Positions 10,150-19,000 of a DNA stretch of 56,865 nt are shown one piece after another. The stretch is from a virus (taxonomy: Duplodnaviria; Heunggongvirae; Uroviricota; Caudoviricetes). The translations under genes were made by a program, and so were the position numbers. The stretch covers positions 144,983 to 201,847 of the IMG/VR virus record IMGVR_UViG_2938655777_000006. One strand, 5' to 3'. How positions within the stretch are numbered: the stretch's first letter is position 1; every line of letters starts with the position of its first letter. The notes beneath the pieces are model-generated. The model made no database searches. It was not told where the DNA came from and was given only the letters and a program-made list of their open reading frames with translations.

Positions 10150-10151
10150 TT

Positions 10152-10532
10152 ATGATGCAATCTCAGTATAATGGTGCTCCTGGTCCCGGTCAGCTTATTA
10201 CTCAAGAGTTTACGGAGGTTCTAGCATCTACCGACCTTCAAGCTAAACTACCAGGAGGGATTTTGCTGAAACAAGGGCAAGGAATACTGAAAAAAGGTAC
10301 GGTTATCGGCAAGATAACAGCAGCAGGAGCGGATAAGGATAAAGCGGTAGCTTATAGTTCCGCAGCAACCAACGGCTCCGAAGTGGCTTTGTGCATCCTT
10401 GATAATGATCATGACACTACTCTTTCTGATGTCGGAGCTTCCGCGTGGATTGCTGGCATTTTTGATTCATCTAAACTGACAGGGCTTGATGCTGCCGCTA
10501 AAACAGCGCTGAAGCTTTGCTACTTTGTATAA
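10152..10532 (+). CDS. Head decoration protein
   Basis: GGILLKQGQGILKKGTVIGKIT, lambda gpD-like position before the capsid gene. Confidence 0.8.
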   Translation: MMQSQYNGAPGPGQLITQEFTEVLASTDLQAKLPGGILLKQGQGILKKGTVIGKITAAGADKDKAVAYSSAATNGSEVALCILDNDHDTTLSDVGASAWIAGIFDSSKLTGLDAAAKTALKLCYFV

Positions 10533-10546
10533 GGGGGATAAACATA

Positions 10547-11560
10547 ATGGCAAACGTACTTGATCCATATTTCCTTACGGAAGTCGTTCAGAACATTCGG
10601 ACGGATATTAACAGTTTTCGCGGGGCTCAATTGCTGACCAATGGCGTTGACTTCAAACCTGAACTTGGACTCACCATCGAATATGACATTACCTATGACG
10701 ACACGGGGATGACGCCTGCTACCGGGCTGAATGATCCTTCGCCAATTCATACGGCACCCGTGGTGAAACATATGAACTTCACGAACCAAGAATGGAGAGA
10801 AAAGTCCATCATTGATCGTGAAAAGATTGCTACGTTGAGAAAGCCAGGTAACAACTTACAGCAACAATGGGCAGAGGAGTACATGGTAGATCAACTGGTC
10901 AACTTGAATATGCGGCTTGAGACACGTTTTGAGTGGATGCGTTGGCAGTCCCTGACCGGCAATCTTATCGTTCCAGCTACAGCAAACAAACCTGCCAGAA
11001 CGATTGATTACGGCGTCCCTGCCACTAACAAGCCAACGGCAGATGTGCTCTGGAGCAATACGACAACCGCTGATCCGCTGAAAAACTTGGATGAGTGGCT
11101 CCTTCTATTCCGGGGAAGTGGTGCAAGAGGGGTTAAGATTCTGGCCAATAAAAAGGTAGACAGCTACATGAAACAAAATGAGAAAATTCGCGAATTGATC
11201 AGATACACATATGGCAAGGATGTTGTAACTGATGGCTCACTTTCTGAAATTGTCAGCCAAAATTTGAGCGGGCTTCAGTATGAAGTTTACGATGGTGGCT
11301 ACATTGACGATACCGGAACGTTTTATCCTTTCATTCCTGATAATGCCGTAATTATTATCGGTCAAGGTATGACAGGTTCTATTATGGATCTTGTTACAAG
11401 TCCAAATAACTATGAAGACATTTTCACGGGCCATACAGGGAAGTTTGCTCTCACCAAGCTAATTCAAGGTGACCCCGATCAATGGCAAGTGATTAACGGT
11501 GCTACTGTTCTGCCGCGACTGAAATACGTCAACTGGCATATCTTCGCTACAGTGGCGTAA
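10547..11560 (+). CDS. Major capsid protein (lambda gpE-like)
   Basis: ~337 aa; RLETRFEWMRWQSLTG, IDYGVP, ADPLKNL; position. Confidence 0.88.
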   Translation: MANVLDPYFLTEVVQNIRTDINSFRGAQLLTNGVDFKPELGLTIEYDITYDDTGMTPATGLNDPSPIHTAPVVKHMNFTNQEWREKSIIDREKIATLRKPGNNLQQQWAEEYMVDQLVNLNMRLETRFEWMRWQSLTGNLIVPATANKPARTIDYGVPATNKPTADVLWSNTTTADPLKNLDEWLLLFRGSGARGVKILANKKVDSYMKQNEKIRELIRYTYGKDVVTDGSLSEIVSQNLSGLQYEVYDGGYIDDTGTFYPFIPDNAVIIIGQGMTGSIMDLVTSPNNYEDIFTGHTGKFALTKLIQGDPDQWQVINGATVLPRLKYVNWHIFATVA

Positions 11561-11576
11561 GGGGGAGAATCAATTT

Positions 11577-11966
11577 ATGACAACTGTAAAAGTATTGGTT
11601 GATGCTGTTGGGCAATACAATGCCGGGGACATCGTAACAGATGCCCCCGATGGTCTTGTAGATATCGCAAGGAAAGAAATTCGTAATGCGGCAACCGGGC
11701 AATTGCTTGCGGAAATTGTAGATGGTAACGGGGCTCTTGATGGTTCTCCTTCAGAGCGGGAGTTGCGACTTCAGGCCGAATTAGAACAGTCCAAAGCGCG
11801 AGAAGCAGAATTACTTGAGCAAATTGATATTCTTCAGTCCGACGGTGAGTTGAAAGAATTGAAAGCCTCAGCTAAGGAATTGAAAATACCCGGATACACC
11901 AAAATGAGTATTGAAGAATTGAAACAGGCTATCAGTGCTGCTGGCGGTGGAGCAGATGGCAACTAA
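11577..11966 (+). CDS. Head-associated protein with Rho-N/HeH-like C-terminal motif
   Basis: ELKASAKELKIPGYTKMSIEELKQAI. Confidence 0.65.
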   Translation: MTTVKVLVDAVGQYNAGDIVTDAPDGLVDIARKEIRNAATGQLLAEIVDGNGALDGSPSERELRLQAELEQSKAREAELLEQIDILQSDGELKELKASAKELKIPGYTKMSIEELKQAISAAGGGADGN

Positions 11967-12393
11967 TAAGATACTCACTACAGAAACATATCACGAGGAG
12001 ATTAGAGGGCGTCTAGGCGTTGGTGAGGATGTAATATCCGATGCTGACATAGACGCTCTTTCTGTTTTACCCATTGGAGAATCGAGGATTGTAAAAGCCG
12101 CTCCTGATTATGCTGAGTTAACTGGTGATGATCAAACTTATGTATATGCAGCAGCCGTTTGTATGGTTGCTGCCATACTGGCCCCTTCCATGACAGCGAG
12201 AATCAAGAAATCTAAAAAGGACTTTGACTTCTCTTTTGAAAATCAGGTTGTTGATTGGAAAAAGTACGCTGTTCAGCTTGTTGATGAAGCCTATGAGTTT
12301 ATCGAGTCCATATCAACTGTACAGAATGGGACAGATGTTCCGGTATTCGGTGTAGCTGGGCCGACCCGGGCGAGAGAAAGGCGGCGTCACTAA
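11956..12393 (+). CDS. Probable head-tail adaptor
   Basis: Size and position after the capsid module. Confidence 0.6.
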   Translation: MATNKILTTETYHEEIRGRLGVGEDVISDADIDALSVLPIGESRIVKAAPDYAELTGDDQTYVYAAAVCMVAAILAPSMTARIKKSKKDFDFSFENQVVDWKKYAVQLVDEAYEFIESISTVQNGTDVPVFGVAGPTRARERRRH

Positions 12394-12968
12394 TGTTTAA
12401 AGACTTCGCTCATAGGCATTCACCTTGTACTGTCAATGGTGAGCCCGATGTCGTTATATTGTCTAGGGAAACGAAAGCCACAACGGTTATCGGAAAAGAG
12501 TATATGTACAATGGTTTGTTTTCTTCGAAATCATCTGTAAAGCCGGGAGATATAGTTCAGAACGAATCGTCTTATTTGCTACAGACTCTACGTACAACAA
12601 CTGAGAAGGACAAGTACTGCTCTCTGATTAAAACGAACGCTTTAATCGAGGTGCAAAGATACCAGCAAGCTTATGATGCCAACGATAACCCTATAGGTGA
12701 TCCTGACTTTGTATCTGTTGCTGCTGATATTGTGTGCTTTGCACAGTATGTCACAGCACAATTGCGACAACAGGAGCCGGGCTTGCTGCCGAGTACTGTG
12801 TTTACCTTGCAGTTACAGACGACAGTCGATGTAAGAGACCCTCAAGACTCAAGTCTATCCGCGCCTGACCGGATTGTAATGGGCGGGAAGACATACCAGG
12901 TAGATGTGGTAGATAAGATCAAGTACCCTAATCTGCTATACGTTCAGCTTTCGGAGGACCGTCGATGA
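12393..12968 (+). CDS. Probable head closure / neck protein
   Basis: Position; C-terminal DRIVMGGKTYQVDVVD. Confidence 0.6.
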   Translation: MFKDFAHRHSPCTVNGEPDVVILSRETKATTVIGKEYMYNGLFSSKSSVKPGDIVQNESSYLLQTLRTTTEKDKYCSLIKTNALIEVQRYQQAYDANDNPIGDPDFVSVAADIVCFAQYVTAQLRQQEPGLLPSTVFTLQLQTTVDVRDPQDSSLSAPDRIVMGGKTYQVDVVDKIKYPNLLYVQLSEDRR

Positions 12969-13543
12969 TTACGGGCTATGATGCAGCGCGGGCCGCAAAG
13001 GATCTGGAGAATAAATTGGCTGTTGAAATTACAGGATTAACAAAGTTGGTCATGCTTACGGCTAAAAGCGGCATACGGTACTATCCGGCAGTTCGGGACC
13101 ACTTGGAAATGCACATGTTTGTCCTGGCGAATCAGATGATTTCAGGCGACATCACCGCTGATTACTGGCAGGCGTGGCTTGAACAATTCGGTAAAGGCTC
13201 CAAGATGGCAGACAGCAGCCAGAACCCCGGCCTGATTACTTACATGAACAGTGAAGCGTGGAACCGACTCAGAGCCAAGGGTGATCGAATTGTCGTAGGT
13301 CGCTCTCGTGGTAAGTACCGAGCGATAGACGGAACGATGAGGGAATCTGGCGGCGGGTATGCAGGCGTTGACCTGGAGAAACTGGCGGAGCGCGGTGATA
13401 TTGATGCGTCATTCAAAGCTACACCGCCGACCTACTTTCTGCGCATCGCAATCCAGTCCAACCGCAAGCGTATCTTGGACGGTATTAGCCGTGTCATAAC
13501 CGAGTTTACGTATCACAGATACTTCAAGGAGGTAAAGGAGTGA
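12965..13543 (+). CDS. Probable tail completion protein
   Basis: Position; AWLEQFGKGS. Confidence 0.55.
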   Translation: MITGYDAARAAKDLENKLAVEITGLTKLVMLTAKSGIRYYPAVRDHLEMHMFVLANQMISGDITADYWQAWLEQFGKGSKMADSSQNPGLITYMNSEAWNRLRAKGDRIVVGRSRGKYRAIDGTMRESGGGYAGVDLEKLAERGDIDASFKATPPTYFLRIAIQSNRKRILDGISRVITEFTYHRYFKEVKE

Positions 13544-13974
13544 GCCTGCAACTTATTGATGCTATTCATAACAATTTGAAGGCAGATACTGAGCTTATGG
13601 CAATGTTGAAGCTCACTCCTTCTTCACAAACTGAAGAGGTCACGAAGCGACTCACAAGAGGATTAGAACCGGAGATAACAATTAGTAGGGATACAATCCC
13701 TCACATTTGCATGTACGTTATGCCGGGACGGTTTGCAGCTAATCCCTTAGTATTCGAGGGCAAGTTTTGTCTTGATTTTTATGGGAAAACAGCGCATGAA
13801 TCAAGGCTTCTGTTTGAACGTTCATTCAAGCTTATTCACGATAGAAGGTTATCTGCTCAGGGGTTTATGTCTTATCTTTGCGTGCTGGCCTATGATTCAG
13901 ATTTTGCTACTGGTATACAAGGGGCCAAGGGGTACAAAGCAATTTTCGATGTTGATTACTTGAGAATGAATTGA
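13540..13974 (+). CDS. Probable tail terminator
   Basis: AIHNNLKADTELMAML N-terminus; position before the tail tube gene. Confidence 0.6.
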   Translation: MSLQLIDAIHNNLKADTELMAMLKLTPSSQTEEVTKRLTRGLEPEITISRDTIPHICMYVMPGRFAANPLVFEGKFCLDFYGKTAHESRLLFERSFKLIHDRRLSAQGFMSYLCVLAYDSDFATGIQGAKGYKAIFDVDYLRMN

Positions 13975-13985
13975 GGTGAACTAAA

Positions 13986-14432
13986 TTGGCAGAAGCAGCA
14001 GTATGGAAAGCAACGGGAAGATCTGGTGATCACAATGGCGTTAACCATGTTGAATATGAGTTGCTTGATTCAGCGCAAAAGAGAGTTTCCTTGGCTAAAA
14101 CAAATGTGTCCAGCATTGAAAAGGATGGGGTTAAAATTGAACCCGATGATCAAGAGACTCTATGGTTTAGCGAAGCAAATGCAACCAAGAAGTACAAATT
14201 TAATGTAGTTACTCTTGCTGGTACAACTTATGAAGCCGAATTGAATTGGACTCAACCTAATCCTCCTAAACCAGAACCTACCGAGTGGGATACGCTGATT
14301 GCTGAAAAAATCACGCTTGCTAAAGGATTGGGTATTATGGGTGTTTGGAATCCGAAAGAGGGCTACAAGCTCACTAAAGAGTACGGACGAATTGCGGAGA
14401 TTGATAAGCGTTTATGGGAACTGGTCAAATAA
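13986..14432 (+). CDS. Hypothetical virion protein
   Basis: ORF with RBS (GAGGTG) in the structural operon. Confidence 0.6.
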   Translation: MAEAAVWKATGRSGDHNGVNHVEYELLDSAQKRVSLAKTNVSSIEKDGVKIEPDDQETLWFSEANATKKYKFNVVTLAGTTYEAELNWTQPNPPKPEPTEWDTLIAEKITLAKGLGIMGVWNPKEGYKLTKEYGRIAEIDKRLWELVK

Positions 14433-14478
14433 TCTGATCGGTTCTTTTTGTATTCACACATAAGGAGGATGAAACTAT

Positions 14479-15264
14479 ATGCAACCTTTAGTATTTGATG
14501 GTGTGGGGTCAGCGCAGGTTTATGAAGAAGGCGGAAGGCTCAAGTTTCTTGATGATAAAATCACAAAAGTAACTTTGCAGTTGCAGTTTGATTGGGACAA
14601 AGTAATGGGCGGCGATAGTGGGTACGCATTCCACTACACTGCTAAGGATTTAGGGGATAAAGCCTCTATGGAGGTTCCTCGTTATTCAGACATTCTCGCT
14701 GAGTTGTCTCAAGGGGCCGAATCAGAAAAAGGTACGGTTCAATTTGACGAAGTGGAGCAAGGATTCTTGACTGCTACGGATGGTTATCAGCTAAAAGCGC
14801 CTTCAAAGTATAGCGGAACTTTTGTCGCTAAGAGTGACCGTGTGTATTTAAAAGATACTGCCTCAGGAGAACTCACTGAACTGACTCGTGTAGCATCTGC
14901 TCCAACAGCAGAACAGTATGTAATTACCGAGGGTAAAATTACATCTGATGTTGCAAACGAAGGGAAGTTAATCACTGTTACGTTCAAATGGTCAAAGGAG
15001 AATGCTACAAGAAGTAGCTTAAGCGGTAAACGCCGTCCGAAACCATTTAAACTGGTACATCGCTTTTCATTAACCGATGATCGGAACGGCAAAGAAGTCC
15101 CTTGCCAGCTCACTATTTGGAAGGCTCTCGGCGGCGGGACTTTGGACGTGTCCCAAGAGCGCAAAAAGCCAACCACCAATACATTGGCGCTGGAGATTAT
15201 GGAGCCGGATATCACGCCAGAGAATCCTAATGGATATGCAGTGGAAATCATTTTCGGTATCTAA
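14479..15264 (+). CDS. Major tail tube protein
   Basis: Size; position upstream of chaperone and tape measure genes; strong RBS. Confidence 0.75.
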   Translation: MQPLVFDGVGSAQVYEEGGRLKFLDDKITKVTLQLQFDWDKVMGGDSGYAFHYTAKDLGDKASMEVPRYSDILAELSQGAESEKGTVQFDEVEQGFLTATDGYQLKAPSKYSGTFVAKSDRVYLKDTASGELTELTRVASAPTAEQYVITEGKITSDVANEGKLITVTFKWSKENATRSSLSGKRRPKPFKLVHRFSLTDDRNGKEVPCQLTIWKALGGGTLDVSQERKKPTTNTLALEIMEPDITPENPNGYAVEIIFGI

Positions 15265-15328
15265 TCAATTACTAACTCAACCCCCTACCTGAGCGATAGG
15301 GGGTACATACATTGAGGAGGAAATACAA

Positions 15329-15667
15329 ATGACAGACAAACAATTGGATAAGACGCTTAATGTCGGAACTGAAATTCGATTAGCAGAGGGCATCAAAAAG
15401 CACGTGAAGATCGGTACCATTGCATTGATCCGTCAGGTTCGTGAAGAGATGGACGGTGTAGCACACAAGTTTTCGTTTTCTATCGGTCGCAAGAAATGGG
15501 AAGCTACCGAGGAACGGGAGGCTGTTGACTGGCCTAAAGTGGAGGAAACATACAAAAAGGCGTTTAATCTCGTGCTGGTTGAGGAAATAACGGAAAAAGA
15601 GTACGAACAGATTGACCAGGACGGTATTGCAGAACTGGATGATTTGTTAGACCGATTTCTATTCTGA
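15329..15667 (+). CDS. Tail assembly chaperone (G-like)
   Basis: Position between tail tube and tape measure genes. Confidence 0.75.
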   Translation: MTDKQLDKTLNVGTEIRLAEGIKKHVKIGTIALIRQVREEMDGVAHKFSFSIGRKKWEATEEREAVDWPKVEETYKKAFNLVLVEEITEKEYEQIDQDGIAELDDLLDRFLF

Positions 15668-15953
15668 GTCGTTCCCTCCAGATGAAGAGTCGGATGAGGA
15701 AGATGAACAGGAGGAGTCTAATCCTGCCGAGAATGATCATGAGACGGACTGGTTAGAACTTTGGGCTTTATGCGTGAGTAATGGTATTTCTGATTCGGAG
15801 TGGCCTAATATGACTATTCCGAAAATCAGAGCTTTAATGAAAGCCAAGAATAGAAACCGGGAATTTGAAATCATTCTTCACGGTGGCAATGTGGAAAACA
15901 AAAAACCGAAGAGGGTCAGGTCGTTATCTGATCTTGGTTTCTTCGCTAAGTAA
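15654..15953 (+). CDS. Tail chaperone extension (T-like), +1 frame, no own start; probably reached by frameshift
   Basis: 99 open codons DFYSESFPPDEE...WLELWALCVSNG...FFAK*; in-frame TAG just upstream. Confidence 0.7.
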   Translation, partial: DFYSESFPPDEESDEEDEQEESNPAENDHETDWLELWALCVSNGISDSEWPNMTIPKIRALMKAKNRNREFEIILHGGNVENKKPKRVRSLSDLGFFAK

Positions 15954-15958
15954 AACTA

Positions 15959-15993
15959 AGAGGCATCCGCAATCATGCAGGATGCCTCTTTTT
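15959..15993 (+). terminator. Intrinsic terminator before the tape measure gene
   Basis: AGAGGCATC...GATGCCTCT followed by TTTT. Confidence 0.75.
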
Positions 15994-16034
15994 CTGTATT
16001 CAGGGCAGGAAAAGTTTCCTGAACCCTATGAGAG

Positions 16035-19000
16035 GTGAGCGTAGTGGCAGATTTAAGTAAAGATGTAGTAGGTGCGCGTATAAGCTTGGATACCACCAAG
16101 ATACTACCTGCTTTCAAAGTAATAGACAACGGAGCAAGGGAGAATGCTGAATCCTTTAAGGTTTTAAATTCTGAACTGGGGCTAAGTGAGAAGAATTTTA
16201 AATCCTTAGCCAGTAGTGCGGATAAGTTTGCTTTGAGTGCAGAGGACAGACGGAAGAAGATTCTCGCTGAATCCGAAGCTCTTGTTAAGCAACGTACTGC
16301 ACAGGCCGAATTAAATACGGCACGGAAGAATCAATTAGATCAGGCCAATAAGGTAACCGACGAGAAGCTTAGAGCACAGCAGGCCATTGTAAAGAAGCGT
16401 GAGGATGCAATTGAACAGCAGGAACGAGAGCATCTAAAACGGATGGAAGCCCTTCAAAACAAGGCGACATCAACCGGACAGAGAGCTGCTAAAGTTTCAG
16501 GGGCGGGAACGGATGATAAGACGCGTGAACGTGTCCTCATGCAAGAACAGGCTATCCGTATGAAGTTACAGCAAATGGCTGATAAGGAAGCACAGCAAGC
16601 AAGGAAGAACGCTCAAGACTATGAGAAGTTCTGGATTAATGCTTTACGGACCAGGGAGCAGAAAGAGGCACAAGTACGAGAGAAAGTCCTTCAGGAAGAA
16701 CAGAAAATCAGGCGTTCATTAAGTCAAACCGAAACGCAGATGAAGCAAACCTTTAACATTACGCCAAGTTGGATAGGCAAGCTTGGGGATATGGCTACCC
16801 ATGCCGCTGTATTCCACACGGCATATGCAGCTATGCATAAAGTACAGGAAGCCTTAAGAGAGGGCATAGTCGGCATTGAATCTAATATGGCAGGCTACGT
16901 CCAGACGAATGAGCATTATTTCCTTGAGTACAACGAGGGTACTAAGGAAATGGTGATGAACACTGAGAAGCTGCACGACGAGACAACCAAATTTATCAGG
17001 ACGGCTCATGATCTTGGTTCTGAAATTATGGACGTTACCGAATCAGCGCGTCTTTGGGGCCGGATGTATAAGGATGCAGGCGTAGTACAGGAAATGGTGC
17101 GTAAGTCTACAATGCTTTCCACTGTTGACCTTGTATCCTTGGAAGATGCGACTAAATCTATGGAGTCTACCTTTGCTCAATACGGTGTACAAATCAAGGA
17201 CAGTAATGACGCTATGGTGCTTGGTGGACGCGTTCTGGATTCTTGGTCCAAGGTTGCCCATGATACGATGGCCCCGGCTAGAGACTTGGGAGCTGCCTTT
17301 GAACGAACAGGTAAGATAGCGGCGGAAACTGGCGTTTCATTTGACTTTATGAATGGCTTAATTTCAGCCGGCATACGTAACACGGCGCTGAGTGGGGAAA
17401 ACCTGGGTAACATGTGGAAGACAGTTCTGGGTACGATCCGTACAGATAAAGCCGTTGCAGAGATTGAGAGATTAGGAGTTCAAACAAAAGAAGTTGTAAA
17501 TGGTACAGAGCAGTGGAAAAGGGCAGAAGATATTCTGTTAGAGTTATCGACCAAAGTAATCGACAAAAACTATGACCTTACGAAATCCTACGCGGATATT
17601 TCCCGCGGTGTTTACCAGTACGCTAAATTGGCTGCTTCCTTAAACGCAGGGGATATCTTGCTGGGTACAGCAGCGTCTATCGGTTCCACCGGATCAACAA
17701 TGGAGTACTTGAAAGTTCAGATGGATACCATTCAGCGTAAAGCAGCTCAAACGAAGGCTTCCTTACTGGAAATATTCAACAACGCAGGAGACGACGGGCT
17801 TCGACGCATGATTAAAGATGTGTTGGATGTAATTGATCAGCTTTTAATTGGGCTTACCAAAGTTCCGGCAGGAGTATTTGAAGGGACAGCAGCTATTGGT
17901 GGATTACTGCTGGCATATAAGGCATTAAGTGGTCCGATCATTAATGTGATTGAAGCAGTCAAAGTGTTAACAGCGGCAAAAACAGCGGAAACAGTTGCTG
18001 TATCAGCAAATACTACTGCTAATCAAGTCAATATTGTTTCTGCGCAAGGATCGACCCTTTCGACTGTCTCGAGAACTGCTGCAACTGAAGGAGCTACGGT
18101 AGCACAGGGAGCATTAACATTAGCTACGGAAGGCGCTACAGTAGCGACCAATTCCCTGTCCGTTGCTCAAGCAGCTGCCACAGTAACCACAGCAGCAGCT
18201 ACAGCGGGAATATCCTTAATAGCAGGCGCTATTGCATTGTACGCCTTCCAAAGCGGAAAGTCAGAAAAGGCGAGTAGGGAGAGAATTCAGTCTTTAAAAG
18301 ATGAAATTGGTGCATCACAACAAATGATGGGTCAGTATCAGAGACAAATTGATTTACTACCTAAATTGGTGAGTGCTCACAAGTCGCTAGAACAGTCCCT
18401 CAATGTAGGAAACTTATCATTAGAAAAAGAAACAAAGATTAAGAAACAGTTAGATGAGGTATCAAAAGCTTTAGTAATCACACTCGGAGAAGAAGGGGCC
18501 AGACGTTTATCAGCAAACAATTATGATGATTCTGCTGTCAAAAAAGAAATCGAGAATCTAAATAAACTGATTGAAAAGAAAAGAGAGGCAAGCAGACTGA
18601 CTCTTCTTGATCAACAGTCTGAAATAATGAGACAGCAAAAAGCTAATTCTTCAGAATTAGCTAAAGCTCAAGAGAAGCTAGCTGCAACCGAAGCAGAGTT
18701 AAATGAGCGAATAGAAAAAAGAATGGGTACTATGAAAAAGGAGGAGCAAGTCAAGGATGCTAAGGAAGCAGTTCATGCCCTGATTACTGAGAATCATAAG
18801 CTTGCTGAATCTTTAGCAGAAACCCAAGTGCAGTTGACCCAAATTGCTGTTGATGGGTTCGATCAATTTTCTGGTAATGCAGGTACAGCAGCCGAAAGTG
18901 CCAAAACCCAAGAGGAAGCCCTTGCTGATTTAAGAGAACAGATTCAGGGGAATGGCAAAGCGATTTCTGAGATGAACACTGCTCTAAATGATCTTGCCAA

